Assembly (NCBI GenBank): GCA_965202665.1 | Contig: OZ241841.1 | Span: 1,632,001-1,696,000, forward strand | Reading direction: 5' to 3' | Origin: Candidatus Spongiisociaceae bacterium | GTDB lineage: Bacteria; Actinomycetota; Acidimicrobiia; Spongiisociales; Spongiisociaceae | Length of the DNA stretch: 64,000 nucleotides | Part shown: in pieces, positions 9,044 through 17,923 of the stretch | Numbering within the stretch: position 1 is the stretch's first letter | Layout of the letters: each line of letters starts with the position of its first letter | Translations under genes and position numbers: made by a program | Notes under the pieces: model-generated | Told to the model about the DNA's origin: nothing | The model's database searches: none | What the model saw: only the letters and a program-made list of their open reading frames with translations

Positions 9044-10227
9044 TGGAGCAGGCCCTGGCCCATCATCTGTCCGAAGCGGCGGTGTCGGTGGAGTTGGAAA
9101 CGGAGGGGATGACCCTCAACATCGGCCCGCAGCACCCTTCCACGCACGGGGTGTTGCGTTTGGTGGCCACCGTGGACGGGGAACGGGCCACCGACGTGCG
9201 GCCGGTGATCGGCTACATGCACCGCGGTTATGAAAAACTGTCCGAGGTGCGCACCTACCCGCAGATCACCACCATCGTCAACCGCATCGACTGGGTGTCC
9301 GGCTTCGCCAACGAGGTTCCGTTCATCGTCGCCGCCGAGCGCCTGATGGAGGTGGAACCCCCGGAGCGGGCGCAGTGGATACGGCTGATCCTCACCGAGA
9401 TGGCCCGCATCTCCTCCCATCTGGTGTTCATGGCCTCCTATCCTTTGGAGCTGGGGGCGGCCACCCCGCTGTTTTTCGCCTTGCGGGAGCGGGAGCGGGT
9501 GTTGGATCTGCTGGAGTCGGTCACCGGCGGCCGTTTCCATCCCAACTTCAACCGCATCGGCGGGGTGAAGCCGGTGTACGGGGCGGGGCCGGTGACTAAA
9601 AAAACCGGCCAGGACATTCCGGCCGCCTTCCTGTCCGAAACCGCCGACGCCATGGACAAGGTGCTTTCCACCTGCGATGAAATCGAGGAGCTGGTGGCGG
9701 GCAACGAGGTGTTCCTGGCCCGCACCAAAGGGGTGGGCGTGATTCCAGCGGAGGTGGGGGCCTCCTACGGGGTGTCCGGTCCCAACCTGCGGGCTTCCGG
9801 GTGCGGCTTCGACCTGCGCAAAACCTCCGACTATCTGCCCTACCATCAGTTTGAGTTCGACGTCCCGGTAGGCGAAAACGGGGACTGCTGGGATCGCTGG
9901 TGGGTGCGCCTGGAGGAGATCCGCTGGTCGGCCCGCATCATCATGTCCGCCATCGACGGGTTGCCGTCGGGGCCCTTGCAGGCCAAAGTGCCCCGCATCA
10001 TCAAAGTCCCGCCGGGGGAGATCTACGTGCGGGCCGAAAACCCGAAAGGGGAGATGGGTTATTACCTGGTTTCCCTGGGCGGCCTGGGGCCTTACCGGCT
10101 GAAAATCCGCTCCGCTTCTTTCTCCAACCTGTCCATCCTGCCCTGGTTGTTGGAAGGGGCGCTGGTGCCCGACTTCATCGCCATCATGGGTTCGCTGGAC
10201 TTCGTTCTGGGGGATGTGGACCGATGA
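9043..10227 (+). CDS. nuoD: NADH-quinone oxidoreductase subunit D
   Basis: LNIGPQHPSTHGVLRL, IGYMHRGYEK, ENPKGEMG, GSLDFVLGDVDR; no NiFe CxxC motifs. Confidence 0.96.
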   Translation: MEQALAHHLSEAAVSVELETEGMTLNIGPQHPSTHGVLRLVATVDGERATDVRPVIGYMHRGYEKLSEVRTYPQITTIVNRIDWVSGFANEVPFIVAAERLMEVEPPERAQWIRLILTEMARISSHLVFMASYPLELGAATPLFFALRERERVLDLLESVTGGRFHPNFNRIGGVKPVYGAGPVTKKTGQDIPAAFLSETADAMDKVLSTCDEIEELVAGNEVFLARTKGVGVIPAEVGASYGVSGPNLRASGCGFDLRKTSDYLPYHQFEFDVPVGENGDCWDRWWVRLEEIRWSARIIMSAIDGLPSGPLQAKVPRIIKVPPGEIYVRAENPKGEMGYYLVSLGGLGPYRLKIRSASFSNLSILPWLLEGALVPDFIAIMGSLDFVLGDVDR

Positions 10228-11219
10228 TCATGGCCGGTTTGACTTTCTGGGCCGAGTTGGGCATCAAACTGGCCGTGGCGGCGGCGGCGGTGCCCGCCAT
10301 CGGCATCGCCATCGGCTACGGGGAGATGAAACTTTCCGCCCATATGCAGAGCCGGGTCGGCCCCTATTTCGCCGGGGGGCGGTACGGGTGGGCGCAGCTG
10401 ATCGCCGACGGGGTGAAGTTCATCCAAAAAGAGGACATCATCCCGGAGGAGGCGGACCGTCCGGTGTTCAAATGGGCCCCCGCCCTGGTGTTGCTGGGCA
10501 CCATGGCCCTGTTGGTGGTCATTCCGCTGCATCCTTCCCGCAACGGGATGGTGCGCGATTTGAACGTGGGGGTGTTTTACGCGTTGGCGGTGTCCTCCAT
10601 CAGCGCGGTGGGGGTGTTGATGGCGGGCTGGTCGTCGGCCAACAAGTATTCCATGATCGGCGGGTTGCGGGCGGCCGGCCAGCTGATCGCCTACGAGTTG
10701 CCGCTGGTGCTGGCCACGGTGGGGGTGGTCATCCAGGCGGGCACCATGTCCATGCAGGGGATCGTGGCCGCCCAGATCAACCAGGGCTGGCCGTTCGCCC
10801 TCACCCAGCTGATCGGTTTGGCCATTTTCATGATCGCCGCCTTAGCCGAGTTGACCCGCATCCCGTTTGACATGCCCATCGCCGAATCGGAGTTGGTGAT
10901 GGGCTACGTGACCGAATACTCCGGTTTCCGCTTCCTGTTCTTTTTCCTGGCCGAATTCGCCAATATGTTTTCCATGTCGGCCATTGCCGTCACCCTCTTC
11001 TTAGGCGGATACGGGCTGTGGGGGATCAACCCCGATTCGCTGCTGTCGCCGGTTATCCTGTTCGCCAAAGTGGGGGTTTTGATCTTTCTGATGATCTGGT
11101 TGCGCTGGACCCTGCCCCGGTTGCGGGAAGATCAGTTGCAGACCCTGGCTTGGAAATGGCTGATTCCGATTGCGGTGGTCAACATCATCGCTACCGCGAT
11201 CCTGAAGGTGGTGATCTGA
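10224..11219 (+). CDS. nuoH: NADH-quinone oxidoreductase subunit H
   Basis: MQSRVGP, ADGVKFIQKEDIIP, GWSSANKYS, RIPFDMPIAESELVMGYVTEYSG, PRLREDQL. Confidence 0.96.
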   Translation: MIMAGLTFWAELGIKLAVAAAAVPAIGIAIGYGEMKLSAHMQSRVGPYFAGGRYGWAQLIADGVKFIQKEDIIPEEADRPVFKWAPALVLLGTMALLVVIPLHPSRNGMVRDLNVGVFYALAVSSISAVGVLMAGWSSANKYSMIGGLRAAGQLIAYELPLVLATVGVVIQAGTMSMQGIVAAQINQGWPFALTQLIGLAIFMIAALAELTRIPFDMPIAESELVMGYVTEYSGFRFLFFFLAEFANMFSMSAIAVTLFLGGYGLWGINPDSLLSPVILFAKVGVLIFLMIWLRWTLPRLREDQLQTLAWKWLIPIAVVNIIATAILKVVI

Positions 11220-11720
11220 ATGAGCGGCTGGAAGAAAATCAAACTGGGGATGTTCTCCGGGATGAAAGTGACCCTGGTCACCATGTTGCGAACCTGGGCT
11301 TTCAACCTGACCGGCGGCCGCCGGGGCCTGCGCTCCACCGTCAACTATCCGGTGGTGAAGGAAACCCCGGTGCCCCGGGCGCGGGGGGTGATCGCCTTGG
11401 ATCAGGAGAACTGCACGGTGTGCATGCTGTGCGCCCGTTCCTGCCCCGACTGGTGCATCTACATCGAAGGGCACAAAGAGGAGAAGCCCCCTTCCAAGCC
11501 GGGCGGGCGCCCCCGGGCCCGGGCCACCCTGGACCGGTTCGACATAGACTACGCCCTGTGCATGTACTGCGGGATATGCGTGGAAGTGTGCCCCTTCGAC
11601 GCCCTGTTCTGGACCCCCGAATACGAATATTCGGAGTACGGCGTCGGGGCGATGATGCACGACATGGACCGGTTGGCCGACTGGATGGACACCGTCCCCG
11701 CCGGGTTGGGGGAGAAGTGA
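11220..11720 (+). CDS. nuoI: NADH-quinone oxidoreductase subunit I
   Basis: Two 4Fe-4S motifs [12 protein letters not shown] and [12 protein letters not shown]. Confidence 0.96.
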   Translation: MSGWKKIKLGMFSGMKVTLVTMLRTWAFNLTGGRRGLRSTVNYPVVKETPVPRARGVIALDQENCTVCMLCARSCPDWCIYIEGHKEEKPPSKPGGRPRARATLDRFDIDYALCMYCGICVEVCPFDALFWTPEYEYSEYGVGAMMHDMDRLADWMDTVPAGLGEK

Positions 11721-11733
11721 GAGGCGGACGGCT

Positions 11734-12300
11734 GTGACTTTCGCCGAGTGGATCGCCGAACCGGTCAACTGGGCTTTTTTGGCCATGGCGGCGCCGATGA
11801 CGCTGGCCGCGGTGCGGGTGGTCACTTCCCGCAACGTGGTGCACGCCGCCCTGTTTTTGGTTTTGACTTTGGCCGCCTCGGCCGGGATGTTCATTCTCCT
11901 GTCGGCCGAGTTCGCGGCTTGGGTGCTGGTGCTGGTTTACATCGGGGCGGTGGTGGTGCTTTTCCTGTTCGGAATTATGATCACCCGCGCCCCCATCGGT
12001 CGGGAGGAGGGCCTCAGCCACTCCGTCCGCTGGCCGGCCGCCCTTGCCGCTTTGGCGACGCTGGCGATGACCGTGGGGTTGATCCTGTCGGTGTCCGGGC
12101 AGGTCGACGGATGGAACGACCCGCTCCCGGCGGTGGGCTCCGCCACCGACACGGGCCTGTTGGGGGAGGGGTTCGTCAACCGTTTCCTGATCCCGTTCGA
12201 GGCGATCGGCTTCATTCTGCTGGCCGCCCTCATCGGGGGGATCACTTTGGCCCGCAAAGACCGCACCCCGGCCGAGGAGCAGGAGGCTGAGTCGGTATGA
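11734..12300 (+). CDS. nuoJ: NADH-quinone oxidoreductase subunit J
   Basis: NVVHAALFL, VLVYIGAVVVLFLFGIM, PFEAIGFILLAALIG. Confidence 0.95.
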   Translation: MTFAEWIAEPVNWAFLAMAAPMTLAAVRVVTSRNVVHAALFLVLTLAASAGMFILLSAEFAAWVLVLVYIGAVVVLFLFGIMITRAPIGREEGLSHSVRWPAALAALATLAMTVGLILSVSGQVDGWNDPLPAVGSATDTGLLGEGFVNRFLIPFEAIGFILLAALIGGITLARKDRTPAEEQEAESV

Positions 12301-12602
12301 TCCTGGCCCAGTTCCTTATTCTGAGCGCGGTGCTGTTCTCGTTGGGGGTGTACGGGTTGCTTTCCCGCCGCAACGCGGTCGCGGTTTTGCTGTCGGTGGA
12401 GTTGATGTTGGCCGCGGTCAACATCAACCTGGTGGCTTTTGAGGCCTTTTGGCGCTCCGCCATGGCCGTCGGCCAGATTTTCGCCATCTTCGTGATCACG
12501 GTGGCGGCGGCCGAGGTGGGGATCGGCCTGGCCATCATCCTGCTTATTTTCCGCAACCGGGCCTCGGGCAACGTGGACGAACTGGACCTGATGAAATGGT
12601 GA
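12297..12602 (+). CDS. nuoK: NADH-quinone oxidoreductase subunit K
   Basis: RRNAVAVLLSVELML, VAAAEVGIGLAI. Confidence 0.96.
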   Translation: MILAQFLILSAVLFSLGVYGLLSRRNAVAVLLSVELMLAAVNINLVAFEAFWRSAMAVGQIFAIFVITVAAAEVGIGLAIILLIFRNRASGNVDELDLMKW

Positions 12603-14665
12603 GGACGATGCTGGTCGCGCAGAGCGCCGGTTGGACGCTGGCGGCTGAGGAAGGGCATGCCCCGGAACTGGCGGAAGGGGGATTTTTCGCCGCCACCGCT
12701 TGGATCATGCTGCTCCTGCCGTTCGCCGCTTTCCTGGGGATAGTGCTGTTCGGCCGCCGGATGCGCAAGCGGGGGGCGGAGTTGGCGGTGGGGGCGATGG
12801 CCGTCAACCTGGTGTGGGCTTCGGTGTTGCTCGTTCAGAATATGACGGGCGGGGTTTACCGCCAGTTCCAGTTCACCATCGCCGACATCGGGGAGTTCGC
12901 CGGGCGCGCCCTGTCCTTCGAGTTGGGTTTCGTGGTGGACGGGCTGTCCATAATGATGTACTGGGTGGTGGCTTTCGTGGGTTTGCTGGTGTTCATCTAC
13001 GCGGTGGGATACATGGAGGGGGAGGTGCGGGTCACCTGGTTTTTCGCTTCGCTGTCGCTGTTCGCCGGCTCCATGCTGGTGCTGGTGGGGGCCCCCAACC
13101 TGATTCAGCTCATCGTCGGCTGGGAGGGGGTGGGCCTGGCCTCCTACCTGCTCATCGGCCACTACTGGGAGCAGAAGGAGAACGGCCACGCCGCCATCAA
13201 AGCTTTCCTCACCAACAAAGTGGCCGACGTGGGACTGATTTTGGGGGCCATCCTGATCGGGGTTTCGCTGGGAGGCTTCCGGTTTTCCACTCTGGCGCAA
13301 GCGGCGGCCGAGCACAGCGGGGATTTGGAGACGGTGGCTTTCGCCGGAGGGCTGCTGCTGTTTCTGGGGGCGATGGGCAAATCGGCCCAGTTCCCGTTGC
13401 ATGTGTGGCTGCCGGACGCCATGGCCGGCCCCACCCCGGTTTCGGCCCTGATGCACGCCGCCACCATGGTCACCGCCGGCATCTACCTGATGGCCCGCAC
13501 CTTCCCCCTCTATCAGAATATGGCCGCCGGAGCCCGGGAGTGGATGCTCCCCATCGCGGTCATCACCCTCTTCGTCTTGGGCCTTTTGGCTTTGGCCGCC
13601 GACGACCTGAAAAAGGTGCTGGCCTATTCCACGGTCAGCCAGTTGGGTTACATGATGGCCGCGGTGGCGGCCGGGGGTTACACCGCCGGGCTGTTCCACC
13701 TGTTCACCCACGCCTTTTTCAAGGCCCTGCTCTTTTTGGGGGCCGGGTCGGTCATCCACGCCGTCCATTCCAACAACATGAGCGACATGGGGGGCTTGCG
13801 CAAGCATATGCCGGTCACTTTCTGGACTTTCGTAATCGGGTCGGCCTCCCTGGCCGGGGTGATCCCGCTGGCCGGGTTCTGGTCCAAAGACGAAATTCTG
13901 GCCACCCTCAACCACGAGGGATACGCCGCTTTCATGTGGTTGGCGGTGGGCGGGGCGTTTATCACCGCCTTCTACATGACCCGGGCGGTGTGCCTGACTT
14001 TCCTGGGAACCTACAAAGGGGAGGGCCGCCCCCACGAATCTCCCAAGTCCATGACCGTCCCCCTCATCGCGCTGGCGGTCCCCAGCGTCGCGGCCGGCCT
14101 GCTCAACATCCCCGGCGTTTCCTGGGGGCCGCTGGGCAACTTCACGGAATGGGTGGGCGCCCGGATAACGGCGATGGGCGATTACCATCCTTCCGGCGTG
14201 GAATGGGATCTGGCCGCCTACGGGCTGGCCGCGGCCGCGCTGGGAATCGGGCTGGGTTGGGCCCTGTTCGCCCGGGATGCGGAAACGCAGGCGGAGCGGG
14301 ACCGGTTGGAGGCACCACTCCTCTATCCGCTGTTGCGGCGCAAGTTTTACATCGACGACCTGTACATGAAAGGGGTGGTGGGGCCCGTCAAAGGGCCGTT
14401 GGCCCGGGGGGTGAATTTCATCAACGGATACGTTATAGACGGGATCGTCAACGGGGCGGGGGCGGCCGTGGCCTGGCTGGGGCGGCTGGTGTACGGCCGA
14501 TTGGACCAGCGGGGCATCGACTTGGCCTACAACGCCGCCGCGGGCGGGACCAGCGGGGCGGGCGGAAAACTCCGTTTCGCCCAGACCGGCAAAGTGCAGC
14601 AGTACGCCGGGGCTTTCATAGTGGGCGCCCTGTTGCTGGCCGCCGCCGCTTTGCTGTTCAGATAG
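12596..14665 (+). CDS. nuoL: NADH-quinone oxidoreductase subunit L (start approximate)
   Basis: GWEGVGLASYLLIG, GKSAQFPLHVWLPDAMAGPTPVSALMHAATMV, KKVLAYSTVSQLG, HAFFKALLFL, QTGKVQQY. Confidence 0.96.
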   Translation: MVRTMLVAQSAGWTLAAEEGHAPELAEGGFFAATAWIMLLLPFAAFLGIVLFGRRMRKRGAELAVGAMAVNLVWASVLLVQNMTGGVYRQFQFTIADIGEFAGRALSFELGFVVDGLSIMMYWVVAFVGLLVFIYAVGYMEGEVRVTWFFASLSLFAGSMLVLVGAPNLIQLIVGWEGVGLASYLLIGHYWEQKENGHAAIKAFLTNKVADVGLILGAILIGVSLGGFRFSTLAQAAAEHSGDLETVAFAGGLLLFLGAMGKSAQFPLHVWLPDAMAGPTPVSALMHAATMVTAGIYLMARTFPLYQNMAAGAREWMLPIAVITLFVLGLLALAADDLKKVLAYSTVSQLGYMMAAVAAGGYTAGLFHLFTHAFFKALLFLGAGSVIHAVHSNNMSDMGGLRKHMPVTFWTFVIGSASLAGVIPLAGFWSKDEILATLNHEGYAAFMWLAVGGAFITAFYMTRAVCLTFLGTYKGEGRPHESPKSMTVPLIALAVPSVAAGLLNIPGVSWGPLGNFTEWVGARITAMGDYHPSGVEWDLAAYGLAAAALGIGLGWALFARDAETQAERDRLEAPLLYPLLRRKFYIDDLYMKGVVGPVKGPLARGVNFINGYVIDGIVNGAGAAVAWLGRLVYGRLDQRGIDLAYNAAAGGTSGAGGKLRFAQTGKVQQYAGAFIVGALLLAAAALLFR

Positions 14666-14717
14666 GCCGGATGGAAAGGGCAAGGTTTGGCGCAACAATG
14701 GGCGAGACGGGAGTTAG

Positions 14718-16307
14718 ATGATGGAGTTCTTTGACAGCGGATGGGGCTTGAGCCTCATCGTGTTCCTGCCGGCAGCGGGCGCGTTGTTGCTGTTCGCCAT
14801 ACCCAAGTCGCGGGAGACCGCTCACAAGTGGACGGCGCTGGTCGTCAGCCTGGTGGTAACGGCGTTGGCCGTGATAGCCGCCGCCGTCTTCGATTACGGG
14901 GCGGCGGAGCGCTTCCAGTTCGAGGTCGTCGCCGATTGGATCCCGGCCATCGGGGCCAACTACCACATCGGGGTGGACGGGATCAGCCTGCCGCTTCTGG
15001 TGTTGTCGGCGGCGGTGACCGTGCTGTGCGTCGTTTACTGCTGGGACCATTGGGAGGAGCCCCGCAACGTACGGGGCTTTTTGGCCCTGATGTTGCTGTT
15101 GGCCACCGGAATGAACGGCACCTTCGTCGCCTTGGATTTGGTGCTGTTTTTCATATTCTTCGAACTGGTGCTGTTGCCCATGTATTTCATGATCGGCATC
15201 TGGGGGGACGACGCCGAGCGGCGCATACCGGTGCTGGGGATGACCGTCAAAACCCGTCTCTACGCGGCCATCAAATTTTTCGTGTTCACCCTGTTCGGGT
15301 CGGCTTTTATGCTACTCGGTTTCCTGGCCCTCTATTTCCGGTCGGGCGACTTTCTGGGTTCCAACACTTTCGACATCCCGGCCCTGATCGCCCTCGGCTC
15401 CGAAAACGCGTTCGGCAGCGGGACTTTCGCCTGGCTGGTGTTCGGGGCCATGTTTTTGGGGTTTGCGGTGAAAGTTCCGATGTGGCCGTTCCACACTTGG
15501 TTGCCGGACGCCCACACCGCCGCCCCCACCGTCGGTTCGGTCCTTTTGGCCGCCATCCTGTTGAAACTCGGCTCCTACGCCTTTTTGCGCATTTCCATCC
15601 CGATCCTGCCCGACATGGCCCGGGAGTGGGCCCCCGCCATCGGCCTGCTGGCGGTGATCGGGATCATCTACGGCTCGCTGGCCTGTTTGGCGCAGACCGA
15701 CGTGAAACGTCTCATCGCCTTCTCCTCGGTGGGCCATATGGGGTTCGTCATGCTGGGCATCGCCACCATGACCGACGTCGGTTTCAACGCGGCCATTATC
15801 GGGATGGTGGCCCACGGGATCATCACCGGCCTGCTCTTCTTCTTGGCCGGTTCCTTGCATCATCGCTACCACACCCGGGACATCGCCCGGCTGGGCGGCA
15901 ACCAAAAACTTATGCCCTGGATGGGGGGCATCCTGGCTTTCACGGCCATGGCCTCGTTGGGACTGCCCGGCCTGGCCGGTTTTTGGGGCGAGTTCATGTC
16001 ATTGGTGGGGGCCTACCGTCCGGCGGCCGGCCTCAGCGCCGGTCAGTTCCAGGCTTTTATGGTGGCGGGGGCCATCGGCACGGTGCTCACCGCCGGCTAC
16101 ATGCTGTGGATGTTGCAACGGGTCAACCTGGGCGAACCGAAAGAGGAATGGGCGGGCCGCACCTTCGCCGATGTGGGTCGTTACGAGTGGCTGGCGTGGA
16201 TTCCGCTCATCATCGCCACCGTGGCCATCGGGGTGTATCCCCGGATCGTGCTGGGGGCCACCACCGACGCGGTGGTCAACCTGGCGCGCAACGCTTTCGG
16301 AGGCTGA
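14718..16307 (+). CDS. nuoM: NADH-quinone oxidoreductase subunit M
   Basis: GVDGISLPL, FFELVLLPMYF, VKVPMWPFHTWLPDAHT, KRLIAFSSVGHMG, GLPGLAGFWGEF. Confidence 0.96.
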   Translation: MMEFFDSGWGLSLIVFLPAAGALLLFAIPKSRETAHKWTALVVSLVVTALAVIAAAVFDYGAAERFQFEVVADWIPAIGANYHIGVDGISLPLLVLSAAVTVLCVVYCWDHWEEPRNVRGFLALMLLLATGMNGTFVALDLVLFFIFFELVLLPMYFMIGIWGDDAERRIPVLGMTVKTRLYAAIKFFVFTLFGSAFMLLGFLALYFRSGDFLGSNTFDIPALIALGSENAFGSGTFAWLVFGAMFLGFAVKVPMWPFHTWLPDAHTAAPTVGSVLLAAILLKLGSYAFLRISIPILPDMAREWAPAIGLLAVIGIIYGSLACLAQTDVKRLIAFSSVGHMGFVMLGIATMTDVGFNAAIIGMVAHGIITGLLFFLAGSLHHRYHTRDIARLGGNQKLMPWMGGILAFTAMASLGLPGLAGFWGEFMSLVGAYRPAAGLSAGQFQAFMVAGAIGTVLTAGYMLWMLQRVNLGEPKEEWAGRTFADVGRYEWLAWIPLIIATVAIGVYPRIVLGATTDAVVNLARNAFGG

Positions 16308-16310
16308 TGC

Positions 16311-17810
16311 GTGAACCTGGACTATCACGCCCTTGCTCCGGAGATCGCGGTAGCGGCCACCATCCTGGCGGTTCTCACCTTGGACGTGGCCCTGCCCCGC
16401 CGCCTGAAATACTGGACGGCTTTCGCCGGGGTGATCGGTTTGACCGCGGCGGCGGTTCCCCTGCTCACTTTGGCTTTCGGGGGCGGGCCGGGGGTGCGGG
16501 TCATGCTGGGCGGGGGTTACGTGGTGGACGACTTCGCCTTGGTGATGAAGGCCTTGTTCATCGTCGGCGGCTACCTGGTGCTGTTGATGTCGGTTTCCCA
16601 CATCGAAAGCGACCGCTACTACCAGGGGGAGTACTACCTGCTTCTGCTGACTTCCATCCTGGGGTCGCTGGTGATGGTTTCCTCCCGGGATCTGATCACC
16701 ATTTTCGTGGGGTTGGAACTGGTAACCGGGCCGCTGTTCCTGCTGGCCGGGTGGCGCAAAGGCGATAAGCGCTCCAACGAGGCGTCGCTCAAATTTTTCA
16801 TTCTGGGGGTGCTGTCCACCGCCATCCTGCTCTACGGTATGTCTTTCCTGTACGGGCTGACCGGTTCGGTGGACTTCGAGGGGATTCGCACCGCCGGGGC
16901 GGACCTGTTGAACAGCGGCGCCTTCCGGCTGGCGGTCCTGTTCACCATCATCGGTTTCGGTTTCAAAATTTCGGCGGTTCCTTTTCATTTCTGGGCCCCG
17001 GACACCTACCAGGGGGCCCCCACTCCGGTAACCGCTTACCTGTCGGTCGGGTCGAAGGCGGCCGGTTTCGCCGGGTTGTTGCTCATCTGTTACCAGGCTT
17101 TTCCTTCCGTGACCGAAATCTGGGGACCGGCCCTGTGGGTTCTGGCCGCCCTGTCCATGACGGTGGGCAACCTGACCGCCCTCCGACAGGACAACATCGT
17201 GCGGCTTTTGGCCTACTCGTCCATCGCCCAGGGCGGGTTCATTCTGGTGCCGTTCGCGGCGGCGGCCGCCACCAGCGACCCGCGGGTGATACAGGAGGCG
17301 GCTTCCGCCACCATCGTGTATTTGATCATCTACGCCTTTATGAACCTGGGGGCGTTTGCGGTGGTGATGGCGGGGGCCCGGCGCACCGGAACCGCCACCA
17401 TTTCCGGATGGGCGGGGATGGCCAAACATTCCCCCCGCATCGCCGTGCTGGGGGCTGTTTTCTTTTTCGCCTTGGCCGGGATCCCGCCTTTGGCCGGGTG
17501 GTACGCCAAGTTCGCCATGTTTTTGGCCATCCTCCGTCCGGCGGACCCGTGGACGGTCGCCTTGGCGGTGATCGCCGCCGTAAACGCGGTGATCGCCTTG
17601 GTCTACTACGCCAAGGTGGCGAAGGCGATGTGGATGGATCCGCCGCCGGCGGACGGCCCTTCCCCGGAGCTGACCGCCCGTCCCCTGTCCGGCTCGCTGT
17701 CGCTGGCGATGGGCATCTCCGCCCTGTTCGTGGCGGTGGCCGGCATCCTCCCTTTCCAACTGGCCGGAGTGTTCGCCGAAGCCGCCAAACTGATAACCTC
17801 CGGCATCTGA
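16311..17810 (+). CDS. nuoN: NADH-quinone oxidoreductase subunit N
   Basis: SNEASLKFF, FKISAVPFHFWAPDTYQGAPTP, RLLAYSSIAQGG, LAGIPPLAG. Confidence 0.96.
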   Translation: MNLDYHALAPEIAVAATILAVLTLDVALPRRLKYWTAFAGVIGLTAAAVPLLTLAFGGGPGVRVMLGGGYVVDDFALVMKALFIVGGYLVLLMSVSHIESDRYYQGEYYLLLLTSILGSLVMVSSRDLITIFVGLELVTGPLFLLAGWRKGDKRSNEASLKFFILGVLSTAILLYGMSFLYGLTGSVDFEGIRTAGADLLNSGAFRLAVLFTIIGFGFKISAVPFHFWAPDTYQGAPTPVTAYLSVGSKAAGFAGLLLICYQAFPSVTEIWGPALWVLAALSMTVGNLTALRQDNIVRLLAYSSIAQGGFILVPFAAAAATSDPRVIQEAASATIVYLIIYAFMNLGAFAVVMAGARRTGTATISGWAGMAKHSPRIAVLGAVFFFALAGIPPLAGWYAKFAMFLAILRPADPWTVALAVIAAVNAVIALVYYAKVAKAMWMDPPPADGPSPELTARPLSGSLSLAMGISALFVAVAGILPFQLAGVFAEAAKLITSGI

Positions 17811-17849
17811 CCGCCCGCCTTGAAATAACCAAAATTATCCGCCCGCTAT

Positions 17850-17906
17850 TTATGCTATTTGCCAAATAACATAACTGAAGATTATGCTAATTTGAAAATA
17901 GCGTAA
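17850..17906. promoter_or_regulatory. AT-rich tandem pair of 25-bp imperfect palindromes (operator-like or recombinase-site-like)
   Basis: TTATGCTATTT-gcc-AAATAACATAA (17850-17874) and TTATGCTAATT-tga-AAATAGCGTAA (17882-17906), 32 bp apart, in otherwise GC-rich DNA. Confidence 0.7.
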
Positions 17907-17923
17907 ATAAAAGGCGGCTTGGT

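Noticed and set aside
9043-10227. Group 4 NiFe hydrogenase large subunit
   Set aside because: No N- or C-terminal CxxC nickel ligands; it ends in the complex I-type GDVDR.
12242-17759. Long antisense and alternative-frame ORFs (e.g. 12242-14698, 15999-17759; also 51709-54339 and many within the giant gene)
   Set aside because: Shadow ORFs expected from high-GC codon bias opposite well-supported genes; no recognisable motifs.
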